Below, piece by piece: positions 50,107-59,384 of a DNA stretch of 64,000 nucleotides. The DNA is taken from contig CP011214.1 of assembly GCA_001029755.1 (NCBI GenBank), positions 429,767-493,766 on the forward strand, given 5' to 3'. The translations under genes and the position numbers were made by a program. The notes under the pieces were generated by a model. It was not told the DNA's origin. It did not search any database and saw nothing but the letters and a program-made list of their open reading frames with translations. How positions within the stretch are numbered: position 1 is the stretch's first letter; the number at the start of each line of letters is the position of its first letter. Source of the DNA: Candidatus Woesebacteria bacterium GW2011_GWF1_31_35 (GTDB lineage Bacteria > Patescibacteriota > Microgenomatia > UBA8517).

Positions 50107-50493
50107 TTATTTTAATTCTACTGTTGCACCAGCTACCTTCAATTTTTCAGAAGCTGCCTTAACATCTTCAGGTTTTGCGTCTTTTAATACTTCAAAAGGT
50201 AAGGTTTCGGTTGCATCTTTTGCTTCCTTTAAACCTAACTGTTGATTAATTTCTCTTAAAGCTTTAATAACTGCAATTTTATTTTCTCCTGATGCTGTCA
50301 TAACTACGGTTTGATTTCCACCAGAAGCTTCTCCTGCTGGAGCATCACCGGCTGCGGCTACTGCTTGCGGAGCTGCGACAACTGGCATAGCGGATACTCC
50401 AAGTTTATCTTGAAGTGCAGTTACCAATTCTGATAAATCCAAAACTGTTAATTTACTAATATCACTAACTAATTCATCTACTTTTTTAGCCAC
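50107..50493 (-). CDS. rplL: 50S ribosomal protein L7/L12
   Basis: 128 aa. N-terminal dimerisation helix, Ala/Pro hinge, C-terminal KLGVIKAVRE-like domain (KIAVIKALREINQQLGLKEAKD). Confidence 0.93.
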   Translation of the reverse strand: MAKKVDELVSDISKLTVLDLSELVTALQDKLGVSAMPVVAAPQAVAAAGDAPAGEASGGNQTVVMTASGENKIAVIKALREINQQLGLKEAKDATETLPFEVLKDAKPEDVKAASEKLKVAGATVELK

Positions 50494-51007
50494 GTGTACT
50501 CACCTCCTTTAATACATATATTAATTTTTGTAAATTTCCTTGTAAGACACCAATTAAACCATATGATGGGGACATTAAAGATCTTAATACTTGGCTTAGT
50601 AATATGTCTTTATTAGGTAAATTAGAAAGTTTGGTCAACGAATCTTTGTCTTGAAATGATCCCTCAACAATACCAACTTTAAATTGGGGGATTGAAAATT
50701 CTTTAGCAAATTTACCTATTATTTGAATTGGAGCAATTGCATCACCTTCTGAGATTACAATTGCTGTTTGACCTGAAAGTACTTCATCAGTTAAAACATC
50801 TTTTGAAATACCAGCATCAATTCCAGCTCTTTTTATTAAAGTATTTTTAACAACAACCATGTTTGAATTAACTTCCTTTAGTCTTCCTTTTAATATTTGT
50901 TGTGAAGACACAGAAAGTCCAACATAATTGACGAGCACCAAAGATTTTGCCTTTTTTAATTTGGAGCTTAAACTTACAACTAAATCTATTTTATCTTGTT
51001 TATTCAT
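50486..51007 (-). CDS. rplJ: 50S ribosomal protein L10
   Basis: 173 aa. Collinear with L10. Immediately upstream of rplL with an 8-nt overlap. Confidence 0.9.
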   Translation of the reverse strand: MNKQDKIDLVVSLSSKLKKAKSLVLVNYVGLSVSSQQILKGRLKEVNSNMVVVKNTLIKRAGIDAGISKDVLTDEVLSGQTAIVISEGDAIAPIQIIGKFAKEFSIPQFKVGIVEGSFQDKDSLTKLSNLPNKDILLSQVLRSLMSPSYGLIGVLQGNLQKLIYVLKEVSTRG

Positions 51008-51070
51008 ATTTTCCTCCGCTTGATTTATGCCTTGATGGCTACAAGTTTTCTTAGGACAAATAGTATTCTA

Positions 51071-51262
51071 TTATTTATTATCTTTAATTTCAATACCTAG
51101 ATTACTAGCCGATATTCCAGACTTGGTTCCGTGAATGGTGGCAGCCATTACTCCGTCACTTAAAGTTGTATCTAATGAATTTATATTTTTAGCCTCTCTA
51201 ATTAATTTCTCTTTAATTTCATCTGGAATTGTCGGTTCAGTTTTTAACGGTTCTTCTGTCAT
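51071..51262 (-). CDS. Small hypothetical protein translationally coupled between rplA and rplJ
   Basis: 63 aa. Its ATG overlaps the rplA TGA stop (ATGA). Hydrophilic with an Ala/Gly-rich middle. No known domain. Confidence 0.4.
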   Translation of the reverse strand: MTEEPLKTEPTIPDEIKEKLIREAKNINSLDTTLSDGVMAATIHGTKSGISASNLGIEIKDNK

Positions 51263-52095
51263 ATTTCTAATTTGATGGATGGACTCATTGTAGATTTTAC
51301 AAAAGCTCTAATAATTTGTTTTGATCCTCCTAATGCATTAATAATTGTCTCTGCGTTTTTAACAAGTTCCTCATTTTTTTGACTTACTTTTCCAAAGATT
51401 GTATGAATTAAAGGTGCTTCTTTTTCAGTTTTTAGGGTAAGAGTATTGCCTGAAAACTTTTCTGCGTCTTTTACTGATTTTATTAAAGTTCCATTTTTAG
51501 GGTTTGGCATTAATCCACGAGGCCCTAAAATTCTTGCAAAAACAACCAATTTCGGCATCATTTCAGCAGTTGCTAAAAGTATATCAAAATCAACTTTACC
51601 TGTTTTTAATTTTTCTATTGTTTTATCATCTGCCACTTCAATCTTTTTTTGTTTACCTGAAGAAAAGGGAAGTGTACAGTTAGCAGTAGTTCCTTGTTTT
51701 TTTGTGACTATATGAAGTTCAAAAGTACCATCAAACTTGGTTAAATTAAATTCCTTAACTAATTTTATTGCTTCCTCAGGTTTATATAAATTATTTTTAT
51801 TAATCTTGTTTTTTGCTTCAATATATTTTTTTCCGCGTATTTTTTCAACAATTATTTTTTTAGTCTTTTTTGTTTTCTTCGTCGATTCTTCGGATGTTAC
51901 TTCACTAGGAACTTCCGGCTCTACTGCGGATATAATTTTTACTCTTTGTCCACCTTTTAACCCAGGAACATGTACTGTTTCTTGCTCGTGTTTTTTTGCT
52001 TCCTGTCTTTCTTTTTTCTCACGATAAGCTTCTTCCGATGTTTTTGTCTTTTCAGTAGTTAAATTACCTATAAATGCTGTTTTTGTTTTTCCCAT
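51259..52095 (-). CDS. rplA: 50S ribosomal protein L1 with ~82-aa Lys/Glu/Thr-rich N-terminal extension
   Basis: 278 aa. The L1 core begins near KIRGKKYIEAKNK and carries LGPRGLMPNPKNGT. Starts 15 nt after rplK, so the extension lies within the operon spacing. Confidence 0.9.
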   Translation of the reverse strand: MGKTKTAFIGNLTTEKTKTSEEAYREKKERQEAKKHEQETVHVPGLKGGQRVKIISAVEPEVPSEVTSEESTKKTKKTKKIIVEKIRGKKYIEAKNKINKNNLYKPEEAIKLVKEFNLTKFDGTFELHIVTKKQGTTANCTLPFSSGKQKKIEVADDKTIEKLKTGKVDFDILLATAEMMPKLVVFARILGPRGLMPNPKNGTLIKSVKDAEKFSGNTLTLKTEKEAPLIHTIFGKVSQKNEELVKNAETIINALGGSKQIIRAFVKSTMSPSIKLEI

Positions 52096-52110
52096 ATTAA
52101 TTTTTTATAT

Positions 52111-52533
52111 TTATTCTACTTTGATACCCATTGATTTTGCAGTTCCTGCAACAATTTTTGATGCAGCAACCAAATCTTTAGTATTTAAATCATCCATCTT
52201 TTCTTTGGCAATTTTTTCAACTTGTGCTTTAGTTAAAGTTGCAATAGTTTCTCTTCCCGCAGTACCAGAAGCTTTTTCAAGTCCTAATTCTTTTTTAATC
52301 ATTGAGGAAACTGGAGCCTTTTTAATAATAAAGTCAAAACTTCTGTCTTCATAAATTGTAATAACGGCAGGAACAATTTGACCCTTCATGTCTTTTGTCT
52401 TGTCGTTATACCCTTTGACAAATTCCATAATGGCAATACCATGTTGACCTAATGCTGTACCAACTGGAGGTGCAGGAGTAGCCTCACCACCCTTAAGGTT
52501 AATTTTAACTAATGTCTTTATTTTTTTTGCCAT
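52111..52533 (-). CDS. rplK: 50S ribosomal protein L11
   Basis: 140 aa. PPVGTALGQHGI (Pro-rich L11 N-domain motif), full length. Confidence 0.93.
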   Translation of the reverse strand: MAKKIKTLVKINLKGGEATPAPPVGTALGQHGIAIMEFVKGYNDKTKDMKGQIVPAVITIYEDRSFDFIIKKAPVSSMIKKELGLEKASGTAGRETIATLTKAQVEKIAKEKMDDLNTKDLVAASKIVAGTAKSMGIKVE

Positions 52534-52637
52534 ATATCTATATTGTATATTGTTTAAAACGAATAGGGGAAAAAAGAAGTATATCTAATTTCGACTTTTC
52601 GTCTACCTCAATAGTTTTGAGGTAGAAGGATTATAAC

Positions 52638-53420
52638 TTATCGTCTATACCAAATCAAGCATATTTTGAAGATTCTGAATCGACAGGCACGAGGCAAAGG
52701 TTTTGGCGATGGAATTAGTATTGGTTTTGGAGTAGGACTAATAGTTGGTCTAATCGTTGGCCCAGGTGTCCAAGTAGGTTTTGGAGTTGTTGTAGAAATT
52801 TGATTAATTGTTACATAAACTGAATAAGTATTATTTAGTTCATTACTTTCTTTTAATCGATTGTCAGAATCTAATTTAATTTCCATTTTTTTAATTCCAG
52901 GAGTACTGAATTTAAATAGATATGCTGAAGTGCAGGATACTCCGGGATTTAAAGAAGTTGAACCAGTACAAGTGTTGGACGAATGGATTTCAGAATAACC
53001 ATCAGCCTGGTTTGCGTATATATATAGGGCAGGAGAAGCAATTGATGTTCCGATATTTGTTATTTTAAAAGATATTAAAACTCTATCTGTAATATTGGCT
53101 GGATTAGGTGTAACTACGATAGGATTGACAATAGCTAAATCAGACAAAGATTGAGGTGTAGAAGATGGTATCGGTGGGCGGGTTGAGATCGGGGTTACTG
53201 TTGGGTAAGGTAATTTTGTAGGTTCAATTGTAGGCGGAGTGATTGGTGGAGTGACCGGAGTTGATGCACGTGACCCCAAATATTGTTTTGTTAATACTGC
53301 ACCAACACTTAAAGGTAAGGCCAACATTAAAAATATTAATGTAGCAACACTAATTTTTTGACGTGAAGTAATACTCAACCACTTTGACTTAATTAATAAA
53401 AGACTTTCTTGTAAACGCAT
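52638..53420 (-). CDS. Membrane-anchored surface protein with CARDB-like domain and Pro/Thr-rich linkers
   Basis: 260 aa. N-terminal TM/signal anchor. Two PT-rich linkers flank a beta-sandwich segment (…ITNIGTSIASPALYIY…LNPGVSCTS…LDSDNRLKESNELNNTYSV), typical of CARDB. Confidence 0.55.
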   Translation of the reverse strand: MRLQESLLLIKSKWLSITSRQKISVATLIFLMLALPLSVGAVLTKQYLGSRASTPVTPPITPPTIEPTKLPYPTVTPISTRPPIPSSTPQSLSDLAIVNPIVVTPNPANITDRVLISFKITNIGTSIASPALYIYANQADGYSEIHSSNTCTGSTSLNPGVSCTSAYLFKFSTPGIKKMEIKLDSDNRLKESNELNNTYSVYVTINQISTTTPKPTWTPGPTIRPTISPTPKPILIPSPKPLPRACRFRIFKICLIWYRR

Positions 53421-53456
53421 GTACCTTAATAGTAAGATTACGTTAGTTAAAAACTC

Positions 53457-54539
53457 TTGTCAATTACTATATTTTTATTATCTCTAGGGTTAATTTTATT
53501 ACCATTTTCTCATTGGGAAGTGCAAAAAGTTTGGATGTATTTGAAGTTTATTGAAATATTTTTTATCTTTTCTTTAGTTTATTTAATTAAGAAAAGAATC
53601 TTTATAGAATCCAAAAATAGTAAAATTTTTATAGTTCTTTTTCTTTTCTTAACAATTTCTGTCTTATCTTCATTATTGGGTTTAGATGTTTCAAAAAGTA
53701 TTTTTGGGAATTTATATAGAAGTGATGGTTTAATTACCTTTTTTCATTTAGTTGCCTTTAGTATTTTAATAGGAGCAGTTTACAAAGATAAATGGAATAC
53801 TCTAATTGCAGTGAGCATTTTTTTAGGAGGTGTAATTTCTTCCATTTTTGATTATTTTGGACAACCAAATTTCCTTGCTGGATTTATATTAGTGTCGCTT
53901 TCTTTCGGTATATATATATTTTATAAAACTAATAATAAATATGTAAAAACATTAATAATCTTAGGATTTATTGTTCAAATTTATAGAATGTTTTTAGTTG
54001 GTTCATATGTCGGAATATTAGGTTTAGTAATACTTTATCCTTTGTGGAAATTAACAAATAAGAGAAAAATTAATAAAATTTTGATTCTGGTTATTGTTGG
54101 TATTTTATCAGTATTTGTAAGTATTTGGTTGAATAATTTAAAGTCTAAAAAAGAATATGTTGCTGAAAGTAGAGTTAGAATTTACAGGAATGTATTTTTA
54201 GGGAGTCTTAAAAGACCAGTTTTAGGCTATGGTTGGGCGAATAGTGACTATGCATTTGAAAGTATAGTTTGGCCATTAAAATTTAATAATGATGTCTATG
54301 TTGATAAGGTTCATATGTTATTTCTGGAAATTTTCGCAACAACAGGAATATTAGGTTTAATAGCTTATTTATATTTTTTGTTTTCACTCTTTAAAAGATT
54401 AATTAATAAAAATAATTTGTGGACTAGGGTTCTTCTAACTTCCTTTTTAATGTATTTAATATATTCACAAACAAATGTAACTTCAATCTCTTACGAATTT
54501 ATATTTTGGTTAATAGTTGGAATAATTTTATCACTATAG
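53457..54539 (+). CDS. O-antigen ligase (Wzy_C/WaaL)-family membrane protein
   Basis: 360 aa. About 10 TM helices. Periplasmic-loop motif VDKVHMLFLEIFATTGILGL corresponds to the conserved H-N-x(2)-L-x(3)-E-x-G-x(2)-G ligase signature. Confidence 0.6.
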   Translation: MSITIFLLSLGLILLPFSHWEVQKVWMYLKFIEIFFIFSLVYLIKKRIFIESKNSKIFIVLFLFLTISVLSSLLGLDVSKSIFGNLYRSDGLITFFHLVAFSILIGAVYKDKWNTLIAVSIFLGGVISSIFDYFGQPNFLAGFILVSLSFGIYIFYKTNNKYVKTLIILGFIVQIYRMFLVGSYVGILGLVILYPLWKLTNKRKINKILILVIVGILSVFVSIWLNNLKSKKEYVAESRVRIYRNVFLGSLKRPVLGYGWANSDYAFESIVWPLKFNNDVYVDKVHMLFLEIFATTGILGLIAYLYFLFSLFKRLINKNNLWTRVLLTSFLMYLIYSQTNVTSISYEFIFWLIVGIILSL

Positions 54540-54804
54540 TGTATAATATTATCTATGTCAGACAGAATATATATAAAATAACCAGACTGGATTTTACCTA
54601 AAAATAGAAAAATAGATTCTGAAAAATTTAACCATTTGCGATTAGAAAAATTAGTTAAAAAAGGATTTATTATTGAACATAATGGAGATAATAATGAAAC
54701 TAGAATTACAGGACAAATAATTATTAAAGGTAATATAAAAGATCCGTTAGATGTTTCTTAAATGATTTTGAAATTATTAATTGTTATAATGTATAATATA
54801 ATCA

Positions 54805-55482
54805 GTGGAAGATAAACAAGAAGGTATCTCAAGGCGTAATTTTTTGAAAGTCGCAGGTGCAGGATTTATTGCACTTTTAGGATATAAGTTGCATGAAAAA
54901 TTTTCCAATCTGGAAACAAAACCAACATTTCTTGAAGTAAATAAGGGTGATCCACTTCCATTAAAACTTTCAGGAAAAGCTGAACTTCAATATGTGGGAA
55001 TTGATTATCATGAATCAGATGAACGTCTTTCAGGAAGATTACAAATTAGAATGATTGATGGAAAAATTGTTTCACCACTTCCTTTTGAGGAAGGAACATC
55101 AAGAATTAGAAAAGTTGGGGAAGTACTTGATACTACACTTTATAAAGTTAAGAAAAGTAGTAAATTATCAGATAAATTTACTGTTGGTGTTTATCCTAAT
55201 GCAGAACCTCCAATAACTGGTTTAATTCGAATGGATTTACCTGAAGATATAGAACTTTATGGAATTTCAGTAATTACCGCCCCAATTGATTATATGAAAG
55301 AAGGGAAACTTCCTGTGGAACTTAATGGTAATACTTATTATAGTGGCGTTTATGGAAGTTCTGACAGAAATCTTAAATTTTTTGGACAGGGTTTTGCAGT
55401 TGGGCTACTTTCTGAAGATACTAAGAAATTTGAAGTTTTAGGCTACGTTAATGATGCCCGCGCTTTAGATGTAGTTAGTTAA
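54805..55482 (+). CDS. Tat-signal-bearing secreted protein, hypothetical
   Basis: 225 aa. N-terminal SRRNFLKVAGAGFIALLG is a near-consensus twin-arginine signal (S-R-R-x-F-L-K plus hydrophobic region). Confidence 0.5.
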   Translation: MEDKQEGISRRNFLKVAGAGFIALLGYKLHEKFSNLETKPTFLEVNKGDPLPLKLSGKAELQYVGIDYHESDERLSGRLQIRMIDGKIVSPLPFEEGTSRIRKVGEVLDTTLYKVKKSSKLSDKFTVGVYPNAEPPITGLIRMDLPEDIELYGISVITAPIDYMKEGKLPVELNGNTYYSGVYGSSDRNLKFFGQGFAVGLLSEDTKKFEVLGYVNDARALDVVS

Positions 55483-55511
55483 AGTGTTTTTTTAACCTTC
55501 TTTTAAGATAT

Positions 55512-56132
55512 TTAAATTTTTTGTATTTGAAGAAAATCAAGTTCCACAGGTGTTTCTCTTCCAAAGATTGAAACTAATACCTTTACTTTCCCTTTTTCCT
55601 CATCAATTTCATGAATTGTTCCAAGAAAGTCTGAAAATGGTCCATCTGTTATTTTAACAGCTTCAGAAACTACAAACTTTGTTTTATATCTTGGAGCAGG
55701 GGAACTTACGAATTTTTGAATGTTTTTAACTTCAATTTCAGATAATGCTGTTGGTTTATTACCAGCTCCTACAAAACCAGTAATTCCTGCAGTTGTCCTA
55801 ACTGCAAGCCAAGTAGGATCATCTAGAACCATTTTAACAAGCATATATCCTGGAAATATTTTTTCCTTAATTTGAGCTTTTTTACCACCACGAATGATAA
55901 TTTTATCTTGTGTTGGAACCAACATTTCAAAAACGTTATCTTTTAATCCCATTGTTTCAACCCTTTGACGTAGTGTTTCCATGACTCTTACTTCGTGTCC
56001 TGAAGATGTATGAACCACATACCATTTTGCAAGTGGGTTATCCGCTATTGAGATAACGATGTGTCCTGGAATTACTTTAGTTCCAGTTCCTCGTTCATTA
56101 ATTTGTGTGTCTTTGTTTGTTTTATCGTCCAT
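55512..56132 (-). CDS. nusG: Transcription termination/antitermination factor NusG (with ~35-aa N-terminal extension)
   Basis: 206 aa. KWYVVHTSSGHE NGN domain and a C-terminal KOW motif (GPFSDFLGTIHEID...KVKVLVSIFGRETPVEL). Confidence 0.92.
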   Translation of the reverse strand: MDDKTNKDTQINERGTGTKVIPGHIVISIADNPLAKWYVVHTSSGHEVRVMETLRQRVETMGLKDNVFEMLVPTQDKIIIRGGKKAQIKEKIFPGYMLVKMVLDDPTWLAVRTTAGITGFVGAGNKPTALSEIEVKNIQKFVSSPAPRYKTKFVVSEAVKITDGPFSDFLGTIHEIDEEKGKVKVLVSIFGRETPVELDFLQIQKI

Positions 56133-56136
56133 TTTA

Positions 56137-56322
56137 TTATTTTGCTAACAAAAATTCTAAACTTTTAGTTAAAGAAAAATCTACGATTCCTACGAACGCT
56201 GCAACAACTACTGATATAACTAAAACCAAACTTAGCAATCTTACCACTTCTTGTCTTCCAGGCCAAGTGACTTTTGAAAGTTCCAACTTAACCTCAGAAA
56301 AGTAAGAAAATATTTTTTTCAT
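56137..56322 (-). CDS. secE: Preprotein translocase subunit SecE
   Basis: 61 aa. Single C-terminal TM helix. KVTWPGRQE motif region. Positioned immediately upstream of nusG. Confidence 0.85.
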   Translation of the reverse strand: MKKIFSYFSEVKLELSKVTWPGRQEVVRLLSLVLVISVVVAAFVGIVDFSLTKSLEFLLAK

Positions 56323-56345
56323 TTTTAGTTAAGCTTCTGATTGTA

Positions 56346-56540
56346 TTAATAATTTCTCTTTTTTTCAAGCATCCTTTGAAATTCAATCTTATATTTTTTC
56401 TCTTTCCTTCTTTCAGAAGGCTTTTTAAACCTTTCTTTATCCCTTAATTCCAGCATTAAACCAGACATAATGATCTTTTTGCGAAATCTCGCAATTAAAG
56501 CATCGTCTGATTCTCCTTGTTTTTTTGTTACTACAAACAT
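56346..56540 (-). CDS. rpsU: 30S ribosomal protein S21
   Basis: 64 aa. ALIARFRKKIIMSGLMLELRDKERFKKPSERRKEKK matches the S21 pattern (ALRRFKR...G.L.E.RRR..YEKP.E.RKR). Confidence 0.8.
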   Translation of the reverse strand: MFVVTKKQGESDDALIARFRKKIIMSGLMLELRDKERFKKPSERRKEKKYKIEFQRMLEKKRNY

Positions 56541-56638
56541 ATTTATTTCGCCCTTTGGCGTATATAAAATCGCCTCCTTCCATATTTTTTAATAGACCGT
56601 ATAGACTGCTATTTTATCATATGTTATGATACTTTTTA

Positions 56639-57649
56639 ATGGCAAAAGGAAAAAAGGCACTTATAACCGGTATTACTGGCCAAGATGGTTCATACTTAGC
56701 CGAACTTCTTCTTAAAAAAGGGTATGAAGTTAGTGGAATTGTTAGGAAAACTTCACATGAAGACTATGCAAATATAGGACATATTCAAGATGAATTAAAG
56801 CTTTTTCAAGGAGATTTATTGGACCCTGTATCACTACGCGAAATTATTCAAAAAGTAAACCCTGATGAGGTTTATAACCTAGCATCACAATCCCATCCAT
56901 CTGAGTCTTTTAAACAACCAATCCATACAGCAGAAATAACTGGAATAGGGGCTCATAGAGTACTTGATGCAACTTTAGATGTTAATCCTAAAACAAAGTT
57001 TTACCAGGCATCTAGTTCTGAAATGTACGGTTGGGTTAGAGAAATTCCACAAGATGAAGAAACCCCATTTAATCCAGCAAATCCATACGCAGCTGCAAAA
57101 TTGTATGCTTATGCAATGACAAGAATTTATAGAAAAAGTTATAACATGTTTGCAACTAATGGAGTTTTATTTAATCATGAATCACCTCGTAGGCATTTAG
57201 GCTTTGTTACCCAGAAGGTAGCCTATTCGGCAGCCTGTGCATCACTAGGGATTAAGAATTCAGAACATTTAAACGAAGAAGGGGAGCTTATATTTAAAAA
57301 TGGAAAAGTAGCTCTTGGAAACTTGGAAGCTAAAAGAGATTGGGGTTTTGCAGGAGATTACGTTGAAGCTATGTGGTTAATGATGCAAGCTGAAAATCCC
57401 GATGATTTTGTAGTAGCAACTGGAGAAACTCATACAATTCAAGAGCTTTGTGAAGAAGCTTTCTCATATGTAAATTTAAATTGGAAGGATCATATAACAA
57501 TTGATAAAAGATTTGTAAGACCTACTGAAACAGGACCTTTAGTGGGAGACGCCTCAAAAGCTAAGAAGATATTGGGTTGGGAGCCAAAAACAAAATTTAA
57601 GGCTTTAGTTAAAATAATGGTTGATGCCCATATAGCAAGGCTAAAATAA
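56639..57649 (+). CDS. gmd: GDP-mannose 4,6-dehydratase
   Basis: 336 aa. ALITGITGQDGSYLAELLL Rossmann motif, SSSEMYG, Y-x3-K (YAAAKLYA), NHESPRR. Collinear with Gmd. Confidence 0.92.
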   Translation: MAKGKKALITGITGQDGSYLAELLLKKGYEVSGIVRKTSHEDYANIGHIQDELKLFQGDLLDPVSLREIIQKVNPDEVYNLASQSHPSESFKQPIHTAEITGIGAHRVLDATLDVNPKTKFYQASSSEMYGWVREIPQDEETPFNPANPYAAAKLYAYAMTRIYRKSYNMFATNGVLFNHESPRRHLGFVTQKVAYSAACASLGIKNSEHLNEEGELIFKNGKVALGNLEAKRDWGFAGDYVEAMWLMMQAENPDDFVVATGETHTIQELCEEAFSYVNLNWKDHITIDKRFVRPTETGPLVGDASKAKKILGWEPKTKFKALVKIMVDAHIARLK

Positions 57650-57652
57650 TTT

Positions 57653-57832
57653 ATTTTTTCTTTTGGGGTGGGTTTTCAGGTTTTTGTTTTTCTTCTTCTT
57701 TTTTCTCTTCTTCTTTCCAAACTATGCCTCTTTTTTTAATATTTTCTTCAATTGCCTCTCTAGCTCCTGGAATATCAAAAAGGCTATCTGGTGGTTTTTG
57801 AGGTTCTTCACTTGGTTTGATTTCTGTCATTT
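57653..57832 (-). CDS. Small Lys/Glu-rich hypothetical protein
   Basis: 59 codons (MTEIKPSEEPQKPPDSLFDIPGAREAIEENIKKRGIVWKEEEKK…). It is preferred over the poly-Phe plus-strand ORF on the basis of composition. Same orientation as the two upstream small genes. Confidence 0.35.
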
Positions 57833-57893
57833 ATTAGAAAATAATAATAGCAGATAGAAAAATAAAAAAGAAGAGTACAAGCCAGAGAACAGT

Positions 57894-58166
57894 CTAAACC
57901 AATATTTTGACGGCTTTACCCAAATCTTTTTTAACCCAGAAAGTATAGAAAGGGTAGGCAAGTACTAAACTCGCCGAAATTAAAGCTGAAAGAATAAATA
58001 AAGTTAAAAAAAGGACAGGACCTAAAATAGGAGTTTTATTCATGGGTCCAAACCAATTATTACCATTAATCATAACTAGGCCTATTAAGAAAATATAGAA
58101 AGTTAAAAGGATACTTTGTATAAAAGAAATATAAATTGTAGATTTATTATTTAAAATTTTAATCAT
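57894..58166 (-). CDS. Small membrane protein (2 TM), hypothetical
   Basis: 90 aa, two hydrophobic helices. Confidence 0.4.
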   Translation of the reverse strand: MIKILNNKSTIYISFIQSILLTFYIFLIGLVMINGNNWFGPMNKTPILGPVLFLTLFILSALISASLVLAYPFYTFWVKKDLGKAVKILV

Positions 58167-58352
58167 TTATTCCCAAATATTTTTTGATCTAGATGCTGTC
58201 TCAAGATTTTTAAGATGTTCTTTATGAATTTTTTCTGCATCCTTTATAACTCTTTCATTAATTTGAGGAGTAGGTTCAACTGTTTTTATTGCACGACGAT
58301 TATACAATGCTGTTACAGGTTTATCTAATTCATTCAATTTATTTTCTGACAT
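58167..58352 (-). CDS. Small hypothetical protein
   Basis: 61 aa. Stop abuts the start of the 57894 gene. Confidence 0.35.
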   Translation of the reverse strand: MSENKLNELDKPVTALYNRRAIKTVEPTPQINERVIKDAEKIHKEHLKNLETASRSKNIWE

Positions 58353-58525
58353 ATAAATCTTATTTTATCATCCATGTTTATTTTAATAAAGATTTTTAAA
58401 TTTATTAATAATTTTTCCCCACATTTTCGTATAATGAGAAATATCTTGCAATTATTTTGCAGGGGCTAATAAACTACATAGGGAACTACTTTACAGAAAG
58501 TATTGAGGAATGATAATATGAAAAT

Positions 58526-58756
58526 ATGAGTGATACAAAAATGTTGCAAATTATTTTGGATAGGATTATATCTTTAGAAAAGAAAGTTGGTAATGGAAAT
58601 AAAGAATTAAAAGAAGAAATTATAAAAAACAGAAAAAGAATAGATAAGTTTGGTATTCAACTAGCAGAACTTTCAGATGACGCACCCACAGTTGAAGAAT
58701 TTGATGAATTGGATCAAAAAGTTAAGAGACTGGAAAATAAATTTGCCACATTATAA
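58526..58756 (+). CDS. Small coiled-coil hypothetical protein
   Basis: 76 aa. Heptad-like Lys/Glu-rich pattern. Confidence 0.4.
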   Translation: MSDTKMLQIILDRIISLEKKVGNGNKELKEEIIKNRKRIDKFGIQLAELSDDAPTVEEFDELDQKVKRLENKFATL

Positions 58757-58806
58757 TTATTTCAAATTCACCTAATCAATCCCAAACTTAATACGTTTCC
58801 ATTTTT

Positions 58807-58889
58807 GCAGAGCTATACCGAAAAATTCGTACGCAATTTCTAACTTCTTAACCGCTTCGCTACGGCTCGGCCTTCGGCCTCGCCTCCGC
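58807..58889. repeat. Inverted repeat A' (83 bp), left junction arm
   Basis: Reverse complement is 82/83 identical to 60874-60956. Confidence 0.85.
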
Positions 58890-59384
58890 TATTTTTTTTG
58901 CGCGCGTTTCGGACAAACACACCAATTGTAATTCTGTTTTTGAAATTTTACCAGGGTTCGGTTGTTTGCCCACCCACCCAAAGTATTGTTGGCGCTACCC
59001 CCTCTGCACTCGCTAGGGCGTCCTAGGGGCCGCTTTTCCCATGTATTAACTTGTTTTATCATCTTGGTTCATTATCTTCCTCGCCTCGTGCAAGGAACAT
59101 TAATTGCCCCTTCGGGTTGCACTCGGCTTTTCTTTTAACAGACTTATTTTAGTTGCTCGTTCCGGGGGGCATTCCTTTTTTTCCGCCCCCGCGCTAATTT
59201 TTTCCCTTCTTTCGCGCGTGGTCGGCAGAAACCTGCTTCGCAGGATAGCGCCAACGGGAATGAACACAAATTTAGGAACACATCTTTCGCCGTTTTAACA
59301 CAAAAAACCAGTCAGAAAAACACTTTGCTCTTGTACAACACCAAAGCGGTACCGCATACATTTTTGTGAGCAAGATGGTCTGTT
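58890..59384 (+). other. GC-rich non-coding region inside the element, rich in short GC hairpins (possible structured RNA or recombinase regulatory/binding region)
   Basis: About 495 bp with no convincing ORF. Hairpins include CGGGGG...CCCCCG and CCTGC-TTC-GCAGG. Shares the TTTTTTGCGCGCG and TTCGGACAAA motifs with 62430-62475. Confidence 0.3.

Noticed and set aside
52602-52626. 9-bp stem hairpin (TCTACCTCA-N7-TGAGGTAGA) as Rho-independent terminator
   Set aside because: No U-tract on either strand. It may be an RNA or DNA structural element but cannot be called a terminator.
57663-57857. Plus-strand 64-aa ORF rich in Phe
   Set aside because: Poly-Phe translation of a T-rich tract. The opposite strand encodes a more plausible Lys/Glu-rich small protein, which is the one reported.
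59104-59298. 64-aa ORF within the GC-rich non-coding block
   Set aside because: Arg/Ser/Leu/Gly composition typical of a GC-rich random frame. No RBS. More likely RNA or regulatory DNA.
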